64,000 nucleotides of DNA from a virus (taxonomy: Duplodnaviria; Caudoviricetes): IMG/VR virus record IMGVR_UViG_3300037449_000119, positions 282 through 64,281 of that record; one strand, written 5' to 3'. This document shows, piece after piece, positions 18,075-27,098 of the stretch. The stretch's first letter is position 1. The number at the start of each line of letters is the position of its first letter. Under the pieces are notes generated by a model. That model made no database searches. It was given only the letters and a program-made list of their open reading frames with translations, and had not been told where the DNA came from. A program made the position numbers and the translations under genes.

Positions 18075-18626
18075 TCACCGCCTCCCGTAACTCCACAAGT
18101 GATTATCGTTGACCGCATACACAGGATACGGAGCCCTGCCACCCTCGAACCACGTGGGGTCGAGGCAGTAAGTCTTCGTGCCATCCGCCATGGGAGTGTC
18201 CAGATTGCCGGCCCCAGGAACGCAGGGAGAGCAGAACTGCGCGAAAGTGTAGTAGTTGGACTTCAACACGAAGATGTCGGAGTCCAGGCACTGCGTCAGC
18301 TTGTAGCCGTCACTGTCGTAGGTAAACCCCTTCGGTTCGGCGCCGAACACGTCGCTGGAATCGAGTGTGTGCTTGCAGGTGTGGCAGATGTAATCCGCAC
18401 AACCATGCTTCGTGTACTGCGGATAGTCTTCGTCGGAGTCGCTCTCCATTGTCAGCTCAACAACCTTGTTGCAGCACTGTGGGCACGCCGGCTCCCCATA
18501 GTCCGGCTCCAAGTCATTCAGCGCGTCGCCGCTGACACTGTGTAGTGCGATCACGCCGAAGCGAATCCCGGTTTCCAGGTCGATGTTTGTAACACATCTT
18601 CCGTAATCAATACCAGCGTTTCCCAT
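18075..18626 (-). CDS. conserved hypothetical protein with Zn-ribbon
   Basis: GGAGG SD; NIDLETGIRFGVI, CPQC, CHTC, FCSPCVPGAGNL. Confidence 0.7.
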   Translation of the reverse strand: MGNAGIDYGRCVTNIDLETGIRFGVIALHSVSGDALNDLEPDYGEPACPQCCNKVVELTMESDSDEDYPQYTKHGCADYICHTCKHTLDSSDVFGAEPKGFTYDSDGYKLTQCLDSDIFVLKSNYYTFAQFCSPCVPGAGNLDTPMADGTKTYCLDPTWFEGGRAPYPVYAVNDNHLWSYGRR

Positions 18627-18843
18627 GCCAATACCTCCGTCTTGCCGCGCCCAACTCCTTGGCGCGGCTGGTTCGTGTTGAGTCAGGATGCTTCGCGTGG
18701 TCAAGTGCGCGACGGACAGCGGAAAGAATAACCTCTCTCAGCCGTCGCTCATGCCTTGCCAACAGGACACGCGCTTTTTTCACGGCGCTTCCACAGACCT
18801 CTGCTATTGCGCATACGCCACCGCCTACGTCAAGTCTGACCAT
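18607..18843 (-). CDS. hypothetical protein
   Basis: Fills the gap between neighbours; weak SD. Confidence 0.35.
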   Translation of the reverse strand: MVRLDVGGGVCAIAEVCGSAVKKARVLLARHERRLREVILSAVRRALDHAKHPDSTRTSRAKELGAARRRYWHGKRWY

Positions 18844-19487
18844 GCCATCGGCACGGCCTGTACGAATGAGACGCCGCCGCGAACGCCGGCACGAAGCTCG
18901 ATCAAGGTGCGGCCAATCTTGATCAGTGCTTTGAAGGTCCGGCCGCACCGCACGTTGATGACCTGGATGCGGTACCACTTCCACGCCTTGTCGCGGAAGA
19001 AGTTTGCGTAAGCCTTGTACCGAGTCTTCATCGCCAGGCTCAGGGTGCGCTTCAAGCCGGGCGTGTGCTTGAGCAGGAAAGGGTCAACCGTCTCAGGAGT
19101 CCACGTCGCTTGCTCGCGCAGCGTTGCCAGCAGACCACCGGCCTTGGAAACCACGCGGTCTGCGTCAATGACCGGGGTTATCTTCTCAAGTGTGGGCTTG
19201 GCCGGGGCGGGGAGCGTGATTGAAGGGATCAGCTCGAAGGCCATGCGGCGACGGGCGTGGGCCTCGTTGCGCGCGGCTCTCAGTGTATCGTCGTCCACGA
19301 ACTTGCGTGTGCAGCGCGAACCGCGGCGGACGTTGATGCCCCGCTCTTTCAGCAAGTCTTGCAGAGGTACCAAGTGCGCGCTGGTCTGGTCTGTTTGCAG
19401 CGCGTTCCACAACAAAACCAGCCGATAGTTGGAGTGATTCTGCATCTGGGCTTTCAGCTGCTCGTAAGTAGTTTGCCTATTCTTCAT
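18825..19487 (-). CDS. basic hypothetical protein, first gene of the early array
   Basis: GAGGA SD; 220 aa. Confidence 0.65.
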   Translation of the reverse strand: MKNRQTTYEQLKAQMQNHSNYRLVLLWNALQTDQTSAHLVPLQDLLKERGINVRRGSRCTRKFVDDDTLRAARNEAHARRRMAFELIPSITLPAPAKPTLEKITPVIDADRVVSKAGGLLATLREQATWTPETVDPFLLKHTPGLKRTLSLAMKTRYKAYANFFRDKAWKWYRIQVINVRCGRTFKALIKIGRTLIELRAGVRGGVSFVQAVPMAWSDLT

Positions 19488-19840
19488 GGTACGATTCCTC
19501 GTTTTCTGCCTTGCGGCGGGTTGCAGTTTCGACTCTAAGCTGTGAGTCTTCATCAGCGATGGAGCATTACCATCGGACTGCCATGGGGTTTTGTGTCTAC
19601 TCTACAACCGCTCGCTCAAGTTGTCGGCTCTGAATTAAACTTCGCTGGTCGTATAGCCCACCCTGTCCTCAGTTTCATTTTCTGTCTCACGACAGTGCCG
19701 ACAGTATCGAACTCCAGCGCCGCATTTAATTTGTATTGTCCTAAAGAGTAGGGGTTTACTTTGTGCCCCATGCCTTGCAGTATTTCAATCAACTTTAGGT
19801 GCTTGCCTGGGCAAGTCTGAGCTATTGCTCAACTATGAAT

Positions 19841-19870
19841 AGTGTACCATAACCAAACGGTTATGAACAA
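19841..19870 (-). promoter_or_regulatory. sigma70-like promoter with palindromic operator in the spacer
   Basis: TTGTTC-18-TACACT with TG extension; CATAACC-N4-GGTTATG at 19848-19865. Confidence 0.55.
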
Positions 19871-19955
19871 CTAAATTTGAACTATTTTCACCTTTAGAAT
19901 CAACAACTTACAGGCATTTTGCCTAAAAAATCAGCCAAATACGAGATTTTCCCGC

Positions 19956-20288
19956 TCAGGCACGGCCTCTACCGGCACATGACCGGCAGGGCGACTCTTC
20001 GCGGTGCGTGAAGTTGCGCATCTGATAGACCACGCCGGACCCCTCACACTCAGGGCAGGCAGCGGTCAGCAGCGCCAGGGTGGCGTCGTAGGCGCGACGG
20101 CGGTCAGGGTCTTTCAGGACGGCGTAGGCTTCCGTAACATCGGCGAAGAGGGCTGCGTTCGACGCAGAGCCGGTGTCCGGGTGGTGCTTCAGCGCCAGGG
20201 CCAGGTACGCCGCCCGGAGGTCTGAGACCAAAGCTCCGGGCGGGACACCAAGCACGTCGTAATGCGTCTTCTCGATCACGGTTTTCAT
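19956..20288 (-). CDS. J-domain (DnaJ-like) protein with Zn finger
   Basis: HYDVLG...LKHHPD...AYAVLKDP..RR.YD; CPECEGSG, CRSCAGRG. Confidence 0.85.
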   Translation of the reverse strand: MKTVIEKTHYDVLGVPPGALVSDLRAAYLALALKHHPDTGSASNAALFADVTEAYAVLKDPDRRRAYDATLALLTAACPECEGSGVVYQMRNFTHREESPCRSCAGRGRA

Positions 20289-20364
20289 CACTGTCCTTTG
20301 CAGATGTTGTCGATCTGGCGAGCTTCCGGCGCGATGTCCTCGTACAACACAGGCTGTACGATCT

Positions 20365-20703
20365 TCAATCCAACTCATCCTTGCCCTTCACCACGCGGCC
20401 AGAAATCAGCGCGGCCCCCGGCGACCCGCTCTTGTCTGTCGGTTTGAAGTATGCCTTGCGGTCGTTGGGGTATGTAAACTCCAGCATGGCGTAGTTCGCA
20501 GCGTCAATGAGGTTCTCCGTGTTGTGCGTCTCCCGGTAATGTGTAAGCCGCATCCTGAGAGACTTCATCCAGTTGTAGCCGCCCTTCTTAGCCGGCCCGT
20601 AGTTGTGATAGCCCACAGCAACACGATTCAGCATCCCTTGCAGGAAGTCCTTGCTGAACTGAGTTTGCGGAATCGACGACGGCCAATTGAGTTCAATCTT
20701 CAC
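20365..20703 (-). CDS. conserved phage protein, possibly all-alpha NTP pyrophosphohydrolase-like
   Basis: RVAVGYHNYG...ENLIDAANYAMLE. Confidence 0.5.
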   Translation of the reverse strand: MKIELNWPSSIPQTQFSKDFLQGMLNRVAVGYHNYGPAKKGGYNWMKSLRMRLTHYRETHNTENLIDAANYAMLEFTYPNDRKAYFKPTDKSGSPGAALISGRVVKGKDELD

Positions 20704-20978
20704 TTCGCACTAACCTCCTCACGAACAGCGTACCAGCGGATCTGACCACGATTGACAGACACGACGGTGTGCACCACTGGCGAGTTGGCAAGCCCGTTGG
20801 CAAGCTCGCGCAACTTTAACTGCACCTCATTGGCGCTCCTTTCGACTTCAACTACGCTGCCGAACGTCTGCGCGCTCCCGTCGGTGAAGACAATCTTGGC
20901 GCTCTTCACGCTGGGCTTCTTTTCCTCCGGTGCCTTGAAGTTTGCAGGCAGCGGGGCTTCTCCAATGTTGCTTGGCAC
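20700..20978 (-). CDS. hypothetical protein
   Basis: GGAG SD plus GTG. Confidence 0.55.
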   Translation of the reverse strand: MPSNIGEAPLPANFKAPEEKKPSVKSAKIVFTDGSAQTFGSVVEVERSANEVQLKLRELANGLANSPVVHTVVSVNRGQIRWYAVREEVSAK

Positions 20979-20989
20979 TGTGATTCTCC

Positions 20990-21427
20990 TTAGTTGACGG
21001 TGTACTTCTTCACAAGCGCCCTGGCAGCGGCGATCCAGTTTCCGTCCTCTTCCACGGTAAGTGGCCGGCGAGGCATCCTCATGGCGACCCACTTATCGTG
21101 CAGCAGCCTGGTGGTGACGTGATTCGCCAGAGCAACGGGCATGGTAACGCGGTAGGCGCACATTTCCTTGGTCTCCGCGTTGATCATGTGATCTTCGTGC
21201 GCAATCTCATGCCGCATCTGTATCCCAAGATGACAGATGCGGCACGTTCCCTGCCCTGGCCTCTTCTGCTGATCCGGCTGTTCCTGATACGACGAGCGCA
21301 GATCCGTGCCGCACACCGGGCAAAAGAACGTAGGAATGGTGTAGTCGTGAATGCTGCGAATGAAAGCCTCAAGCCTGTTTCGCAGACCATCACACCGCGT
21401 GTGTTGCAGCGCCTCCATGAGGTTCAT
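20990..21427 (-). CDS. Zn-ribbon hypothetical protein
   Basis: CPVCG...CRIC; GAGG SD. Confidence 0.65.
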   Translation of the reverse strand: MNLMEALQHTRCDGLRNRLEAFIRSIHDYTIPTFFCPVCGTDLRSSYQEQPDQQKRPGQGTCRICHLGIQMRHEIAHEDHMINAETKEMCAYRVTMPVALANHVTTRLLHDKWVAMRMPRRPLTVEEDGNWIAAARALVKKYTVN

Positions 21428-21582
21428 TGCTTCCTCACCTCCCGCTCTTCCCGCAGCTTCCGCTGAACTGCCGCCACCTGCTGCTCGACAACCGCCATGT
21501 ACGCAGGGCGTTCTGCTGCGGGCACAGCTTGAGGAGCGGGCGGCGGTGTTTGCATAGGGTGGTCGTCAGGAAGGATGCTCAC
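21424..21582 (-). CDS. hypothetical protein
   Basis: GGAGG SD; GTGA overlap. Confidence 0.5.
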   Translation of the reverse strand: MSILPDDHPMQTPPPAPQAVPAAERPAYMAVVEQQVAAVQRKLREEREVRKQ

Positions 21583-21797
21583 GCACCCTCCTTGGACTCC
21601 GGTTTGCGCAGCGCGAGCATCAACTTTGACATCCTCATGGAGAGTTTGCGAACGTCTGTTACGTTGCGAGTGTTGCGCAGCGGTGTACACAGATCCCCGC
21701 TGCTGCGGTCAACCGTCTGCTCGTCGAGGCACTGCCGTGCTTGCGTAGCAAAAACATCGGCGAGTTTCATTGCATCTGCCAAATCAGATCGTTTCAT
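21579..21797 (-). CDS. hypothetical protein
   Basis: 72-aa helical ORF. Confidence 0.55.
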   Translation of the reverse strand: MKRSDLADAMKLADVFATQARQCLDEQTVDRSSGDLCTPLRNTRNVTDVRKLSMRMSKLMLALRKPESKEGA

Positions 21798-21801
21798 TGA
21801 A

Positions 21802-23892
21802 TCACCCTTTCACAAACTTCGGTTTTGGCTGCCCCTTGCGAGACCGCTCCTGGTTGTACATCTCGCCGGCCTGCTTCGCAGACAAGCTGGCGAACTTATC
21901 CGGGGTGCGGACTGCCCACACCCGCTGCTTCCTGCCCTTGGTGGTCTCCACCGTCGCACCATCAGCGACCAGCCTGAACCCAGCATCCTTCAACGCCGCG
22001 CTCATTGCTTTCCCGCTCAACGGGTACTTGTGGCGGCTCACTTCATTCTCCGGCTGATAGAACGCCAGCAGATCATCTGTTGTATACAGCGCGTAAGGCA
22101 CCACCACGTCGCCCGCCCGCAGCTTGTTGTCCGGCAGCTCTCGCAGCTCGGTACACCAGGCCAGATGCTCGCTCTTGCCCGCGTCCACCATCTCACTCCG
22201 CGCCTTGGTCCTTGGCGCTTCGGCCATGGGGTTGAAGCCCTTCAGGTCGATGCTCAGCAGGTAGTCGAAGAGCGCGTCGGTCGCCGCCTGGGTTTTGAAC
22301 CACTTGTCGTACCGGGCAAAGAACCCATCGGGCGCCTTCTCTGACACCTCATGGATGAAGTAGCGACGGTCCTCCGTGGTAATGAAGAACGCATCCTGAT
22401 GCTGTGAGGTGAACATGTAGTTGCAGTGGTTCTCAACGGAATACTCCGGCTTGAACTTCTCATTCACCGTGACCACGGGGGCGGTGATGATGCTCTTCAA
22501 CTGGTCGGCAACCTCACGGCTGTCGCCCCCGGTGATCTCGTCACCCAGCACAAACTGCTTGTTGGCTTGCCAGGCGTTGAATGACCCAACCAGGTTGGCT
22601 TTGCTCACCTCAATATAGTTCCGGCCGTAGATCCGCCCCAGCGTGTAGCCCAGCAAACTCTTCCCCACGCCCTGCAACACAGACCAGAAAACTACCGCGG
22701 TATTCAACTTCACGCCTGGATGCTGCACCGGGTAGGCGCACCACTGCAAAAACCACTTCCGGTGCCCTGCGTCGGCGCCAGAGAAAGCATAATCGAGCAG
22801 CTCAACGAACAGGCTCACGTCACCCTTGACCGGCTTCGCACCCCAACCTTCCCACAAATTATATTGCAGGTTGTTTACGAACAGCTCAGAGCCGGGCGAA
22901 TAGGCGATGGAATCAAACGCGCGACGCGCCGGCCACTTCATCCAGCTCTCCGCCGTCTGGTGGAGCGTCAATTTCCCGTTTGTCTCTGTGGCGAGGTGCT
23001 GCCTGTCTGCGTAGACCTCATTCTTGAACGATGCCACCAGCATCATCCGATTCTGCGGCTGGTCCACCGGACGATGCGGCTTTGGCAACTCCACCACCAT
23101 TGATGGGTGGCGGATGTATACCACCTCCGTGTTTAGTTGGTGGAGCGCCTTGCTGGCTGAATACTCATCGGAATCGCTCGCCAACTCGTCCAGCTCCTTG
23201 GGGCCGTACTTCAGCAGGTAATCGTCAAGGCCAATCTTTTCCTTACCCACTTGGGGCAACCGAACGATGAAGACCACGGCCCCTCGGTCAGTCAACGCCG
23301 CCGCCAGCCGCATCTCGGCCAGCAAGACCTGCGGATTGGTGATGGCGTCAGAGTCAAACACGATGGACACCGACCGGCCATCCCACGCAAACTGCTCCAG
23401 CGCAGGCACCAGCACCTGATGCTTCGCCTTGGACCCGAAGTTGAAGACGCCACCCAGCCCGAGCGTGGGCAGATACAGCTTGCAGCCACACGCTCCTTTT
23501 TTCTCTCCTTCGGTTATCAGTATTGGTTTAGTGGGGTCGCCGATGATTGCCGGCCAGTCGAGCAGAGGCGGCAGGTAAATTTCCGGCGCCGTGTCCTTTG
23601 GCTGATCATACTTCCGCAGCTTCTCGCCCTTCGTAAAACCCGTGGCGACGGCGGTGTCACGAAAGCGGTAACGAAACATCTTGAGAGGCGCGCCGTCTGC
23701 GTCGCAGTAAGGAATGACGTACCCAACGCCAGGACGGGAGAGGTTGAGCTTTACAGAGTCGGCCTCGGTACAGGGTTTGAAGCCGAGTGTTTTTGCGTCA
23801 GCCGCGTCAAGGCCGGATTTGGCAAGGTCTGCCAGCATCCAGTCGCGAGGGGATAGAACTTCGGGTGTAGGTGTTGCAGCTTTCTTCTTCAC
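21802..23892 (-). CDS. primase-helicase (Toprim/DUF3854-like N-terminus + SF3/DUF5906-like NTPase)
   Basis: ILITEGEKKG, IVFDSD, GLDDYL; QGVGKSLLG (Walker A), LGDEI (Walker B), NEKFKP. Confidence 0.88.
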   Translation of the reverse strand: MKKKAATPTPEVLSPRDWMLADLAKSGLDAADAKTLGFKPCTEADSVKLNLSRPGVGYVIPYCDADGAPLKMFRYRFRDTAVATGFTKGEKLRKYDQPKDTAPEIYLPPLLDWPAIIGDPTKPILITEGEKKGACGCKLYLPTLGLGGVFNFGSKAKHQVLVPALEQFAWDGRSVSIVFDSDAITNPQVLLAEMRLAAALTDRGAVVFIVRLPQVGKEKIGLDDYLLKYGPKELDELASDSDEYSASKALHQLNTEVVYIRHPSMVVELPKPHRPVDQPQNRMMLVASFKNEVYADRQHLATETNGKLTLHQTAESWMKWPARRAFDSIAYSPGSELFVNNLQYNLWEGWGAKPVKGDVSLFVELLDYAFSGADAGHRKWFLQWCAYPVQHPGVKLNTAVVFWSVLQGVGKSLLGYTLGRIYGRNYIEVSKANLVGSFNAWQANKQFVLGDEITGGDSREVADQLKSIITAPVVTVNEKFKPEYSVENHCNYMFTSQHQDAFFITTEDRRYFIHEVSEKAPDGFFARYDKWFKTQAATDALFDYLLSIDLKGFNPMAEAPRTKARSEMVDAGKSEHLAWCTELRELPDNKLRAGDVVVPYALYTTDDLLAFYQPENEVSRHKYPLSGKAMSAALKDAGFRLVADGATVETTKGRKQRVWAVRTPDKFASLSAKQAGEMYNQERSRKGQPKPKFVKG

Positions 23893-23895
23893 ACT

Positions 23896-24921
23896 TCATC
23901 CCCTGACGAGGTTGCTGTTTGCTATTCTATGCCGCGCCATCGCCGCGTACTTTGGGTTCAGATCAATTCCGATGAAGTCACAACCCCACTTCTTCGCTAC
24001 TACACCCACCGTACCTGAACCACAGAACGGATCAAGCACCGTGCTGCCCTCTCCCGTCCCGGCAAGCAAGCAAGGCTCGACCAGCTTCACGGGGAAGGTG
24101 GCGAAGTGCGCTTCTTTGAAAGGTTGTGTGGCGATGGTCCACACATCACGCTTGTTGCGAGTCTCTTTCGCAGGAATCCCCAAAGACGACCGCTCGGTGC
24201 CCCCACTTATTAAGCCTTCTGTGCGCACGATAGCCTGTTCTGCCAATTTGCGCGAGGCGGGGCCACCTACGGCCTTCATCGGGCCGTTGGACTTGCCCGG
24301 AACCCGGTCAGACCCTCGCTGGTTCTCTACATCCTGATCCCAGCGCGCCACCGACGAGGCCGCCGCCGGCTCTTTGATCGCCTCCGCGTCGTAGAAGTAT
24401 CGCGCGCTCTTGGTCAACAGGAACAGGTACTCGTGGCTCTTGGTGCAGCGGTCGGTCACGCTCTCCGGCATCGGATTCGGCTTGGCCCAGATAATGTCCT
24501 GCCGCAGATACCAGCCATCGGCGCGCAGTGCGAAGGCTAAGAGCCAGGGGATGCCTACGAGGTCTTTGTTCTTCAATCCATGATCTCTAAGTCCTGCGCC
24601 GGGTTCGATGTACTTCCGCGCTTGCTGGCGCTCTGTCTCAAGTCCAGTACCGCGCTGGTTTGCCATGTAGCCGTTGTACGAATCCCCGATATTCAGCCAC
24701 AACGTTCCATCGTCGCGCAGCACGCGCCGCACTTCCGCGAACACGGCTACCATCTTGGCTACGTACGCATCTGGCGTTTTCTCCAAACCGTACTGACCCT
24801 TCACTTGATAATTTCTTAATCCCCAGTAGGGGGGTGATGTTATGCAGCATTGAATCGAACGGTCAGGCAACTCCCCAAGCCGCTTTAGAACATCTCCGGT
24901 CAACACACGGCTTGTCATCAC
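23896..24921 (-). CDS. amino DNA methyltransferase (beta class; SPPY suggests N4-cytosine)
   Basis: ITSPPYW ... HFATFP ... VLDPFCGSGT. Confidence 0.92.
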   Translation of the reverse strand: MMTSRVLTGDVLKRLGELPDRSIQCCITSPPYWGLRNYQVKGQYGLEKTPDAYVAKMVAVFAEVRRVLRDDGTLWLNIGDSYNGYMANQRGTGLETERQQARKYIEPGAGLRDHGLKNKDLVGIPWLLAFALRADGWYLRQDIIWAKPNPMPESVTDRCTKSHEYLFLLTKSARYFYDAEAIKEPAAASSVARWDQDVENQRGSDRVPGKSNGPMKAVGGPASRKLAEQAIVRTEGLISGGTERSSLGIPAKETRNKRDVWTIATQPFKEAHFATFPVKLVEPCLLAGTGEGSTVLDPFCGSGTVGVVAKKWGCDFIGIDLNPKYAAMARHRIANSNLVRG

Positions 24922-25169
24922 TTGCTCCTGTAAACCCGAATACTGGATTTGCTGACGCGCAGAACCGAGAACTTCCGCCCCATTTGCCGCCCGCGCAGAC
25001 AGGCGTAAGAAACCATGGAGCGCAGCGTGGGAGTCCCGTCCCGCACCGGCACGTTGAACCCTTCGCCGCGCTTCATTGTTGCGAAGGGGTACTTTGGCTT
25101 GGGCCCGCGGCGAGGCTTCACGAAAGGCTGCTTAGTTGGTTTGAGCACGGCCCCTCCCGTCAACAACAC
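24918..25169 (-). CDS. small basic putative DNA-binding protein
   Basis: PKYPFATMKRGEGFNVP...RKFSV...IRVYRSK. Confidence 0.6.
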   Translation of the reverse strand: MLLTGGAVLKPTKQPFVKPRRGPKPKYPFATMKRGEGFNVPVRDGTPTLRSMVSYACLRGRQMGRKFSVLRVSKSSIRVYRSK

Positions 25170-25344
25170 CCCACGAAACAGGTTTCGCAGATGGGTCTTC
25201 TACGTGACTACAACGCCAACAAATAGACATGAACTCCCATTGGCGCTTTTCACGCACAGACTTGCAGCGCGTCAAGGGCGTGCCACCACACGAAACCTTG
25301 AACCACAAAGACCACCACTTACGAACTCTATTCTGACAACCCAT
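25132..25344 (-). CDS. small Cys/Trp-rich protein, paralogue of 8233..8409
   Basis: GGAGG SD; MGCQNRVRKWWSLWFKVSCGG...CWRC. Confidence 0.55.
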   Translation of the reverse strand: MGCQNRVRKWWSLWFKVSCGGTPLTRCKSVREKRQWEFMSICWRCSHVEDPSAKPVSWGVVDGRGRAQTN

Positions 25345-25633
25345 CAACAACCTCCACAACGATCTTCGTCGCAGCAACAACAGGGAACACCCTCTTCGCC
25401 AACAGTGCGTCATAGAACTCGTTCAGCTCGCGATGCCCGCAGTCCTGCCCGCAGAGCAGCACCACTCCAGAGGCGCCCAGCAGCCGACGACGCACGGCGG
25501 CAGCCCAAGGAATAAACTCTAAGACAACCCCACGCCGTCGCGCTACGGTCCAGTGGTTCGTCGTCTGCTTGCGCTTACCGCACTTACAAAACCACGGGTG
25601 TGCTTCGATCTGCTCAATCTCCTGCTGCTTCAT
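25328..25633 (-). CDS. Zn-binding hypothetical protein
   Basis: AAGGAG SD; CKCGKRK...NHW...LCGQDCG. Confidence 0.65.
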   Translation of the reverse strand: MKQQEIEQIEAHPWFCKCGKRKQTTNHWTVARRRGVVLEFIPWAAAVRRRLLGASGVVLLCGQDCGHRELNEFYDALLAKRVFPVVAATKIVVEVVDGLSE

Positions 25634-25635
25634 TG

Positions 25636-25893
25636 CTACTCCTTGGTCGCCGCTGCGAAGTCTTCCGTGAGATGCAGATGACTTGATCCTTCGATGAGCC
25701 TTCGTGTACGCAGTGCTGACAGCGAGTTTGAAAATCCGCTGCTGGTAATGCTGTAGCCGCTGCGCTCAGCCACCTCGCCGCGACTCAACGCCGCACCCTG
25801 CACAGCCAACACAGAGAGAATCGTACGTTCAGCTTTGCCCAGTTTGCCGTACCAATACTCAAGCAGCGCACGACCACTCCGCTGATACCGTGT
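25636..25893 (-). pseudogene. winged-helix domain frame lacking an N-terminal start codon
   Basis: SGRALLEYWYGKLGKAERTILSVL...RGEVAERSGYS...FSNSLSALRTRRLIEG; in-frame TAA immediately upstream. Confidence 0.45.
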
Positions 25894-25899
25894 TTATGT

Positions 25900-26103
25900 T
25901 CACTTGCTCTCCCCCACGTTCTCTGCGTAACAGGAGCCGGGAGCAGCTTGCGTTATCGCCTGACGCAGCGTTCTACAAACAAATCCTGGGCGTAATCCCA
26001 AACCTAAGATGTGGTATGGGTTCGATTTCCCGTCGTGCAGTAAAATCGCTCCCTCTTTGTTAATCACCGCTTCCAACCAATCAATCATCTCAGTATCGCT
26101 CAC
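25900..26103 (-). CDS. hypothetical protein
   Basis: GAGGAGG SD plus GTG; SDTEMIDWLE...TLRQAI. Confidence 0.6.
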   Translation of the reverse strand: MSDTEMIDWLEAVINKEGAILLHDGKSNPYHILGLGLRPGFVCRTLRQAITQAAPGSCYAENVGESK

Positions 26104-26267
26104 ATTCCCTCCTCTGGCGCATCGTTGCCGCCCGCCTGCGCCTTCTCCGTGGGATCCGGTGTGCTGGTTTCCTCGCCATCTCCCTCGTCGTATGGAAGAG
26201 GGCCATCGTAGATTGAATGGCAGGTGTGGCAAGGATAATTCCATCCCTCACATAAAGTGCATCTCAT
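26100..26267 (-). CDS. small Zn-finger protein with acidic tail (55 aa)
   Basis: MRCTLCEGWNYPCHTCH...DEGDGEE; not in the ORF track. Confidence 0.55.
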   Translation of the reverse strand: MRCTLCEGWNYPCHTCHSIYDGPLPYDEGDGEETSTPDPTEKAQAGGNDAPEEGM

Positions 26268-26268
26268 T

Positions 26269-26775
26269 TCATTCCCCCTTGCCCTCTTTTTCAGGCGTCA
26301 AACCCCACACTCGCCGGTAGCTGTGAGTGTGAAGCTCCAGCTTCTCAGCCGGCGCCACCACACCAGCCTTCTCTAGCGCGTCCAGCATGTGCGCCGCCTC
26401 GGTGTAGGAGATCGCCATACGTTCCATGAACAGTGTGGTGTAGGCGATACCCCTCTCGGTGACCAGCTTGATGGCGTTCTCAAGTGTGGCGTCGAGAGTT
26501 GGAAGCTCTTCGCGGAAGAAGGTCTCGGCGGTGGGGCGCGCGGCCTGCTTCAACTCCGGCGAGTCGTCGATGTCACACACAGGGAACCTTGTGGTCTCAA
26601 TGCGCCTATGCTTCGGGTTCTCCGGCACCACGGTATTCGACGCGTGGACCACCTTGGTCTGTATGAGCACTCTGTGCACCGGCTTGTGTTTCACGGGCAC
26701 GGCCTGCTTTTTCAACGCTGCAATCTTCGCTTTGATGTTCAACGAACCCTCCCATATCTGCGCCATATACACCAC
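26269..26775 (-). CDS. FtsK-gamma-like winged-helix domain protein
   Basis: LENAIKLVTERG...AISYTEAAHMLDALEKAGVVAP matches the FtsK-gamma pattern. Confidence 0.6.
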   Translation of the reverse strand: MVYMAQIWEGSLNIKAKIAALKKQAVPVKHKPVHRVLIQTKVVHASNTVVPENPKHRRIETTRFPVCDIDDSPELKQAARPTAETFFREELPTLDATLENAIKLVTERGIAYTTLFMERMAISYTEAAHMLDALEKAGVVAPAEKLELHTHSYRRVWGLTPEKEGKGE

Positions 26776-27098
26776 TCACCGCCGACCACGATGTCCTGGC
26801 ACCCATAAGGCACGAGCTTCCGCCACTGACGGCGGAGCCAAAGCACCAGTCGGCCGCGCTCCGCCGTAATGCCCAGCCCAACGAGCCGAGTCAGACCCGC
26901 GTATTCCGGCAACTCCTGCCGCACCTGAGTCAGCTCCTTGAAGCGGTAGCCCTTCTTGATGAGGGGCAGGGTCCACCTGACCAACCGCTCATTGTCCTCG
27001 CGGCGCCGCGCTTCGACCTCCGTTGTGTGGGTGTGGACCCCAGGCTCGTTGTTGGGGCGCGGCTTGAACGTGAGCAGCTTCGGTGTTTCATTGTCCAT
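26739..27098 (-). CDS. hypothetical protein
   Basis: AAGGAG SD. Confidence 0.6.
   Translation of the reverse strand: MDNETPKLLTFKPRPNNEPGVHTHTTEVEARRREDNERLVRWTLPLIKKGYRFKELTQVRQELPEYAGLTRLVGLGITAERGRLVLWLRRQWRKLVPYGCQDIVVGGEWCIWRRYGRVR

Noticed and set aside
19616-19771. 51-aa - strand ORF starting MGHKVNPYSL, resembling the N-terminus of ribosomal protein S3
   Set aside because: Similarity is limited to about 7 residues and the SD is weak; probably chance, though the ORF itself may be real
19890-19912. Motif GTAAGTTGTTGATTCTAAAG (- strand) as a hint of an Acidobacteriota host
   Set aside because: Based only on my recollection of similar intergenic motifs; not sufficient for host assignment without spacer matches or gene phylogeny
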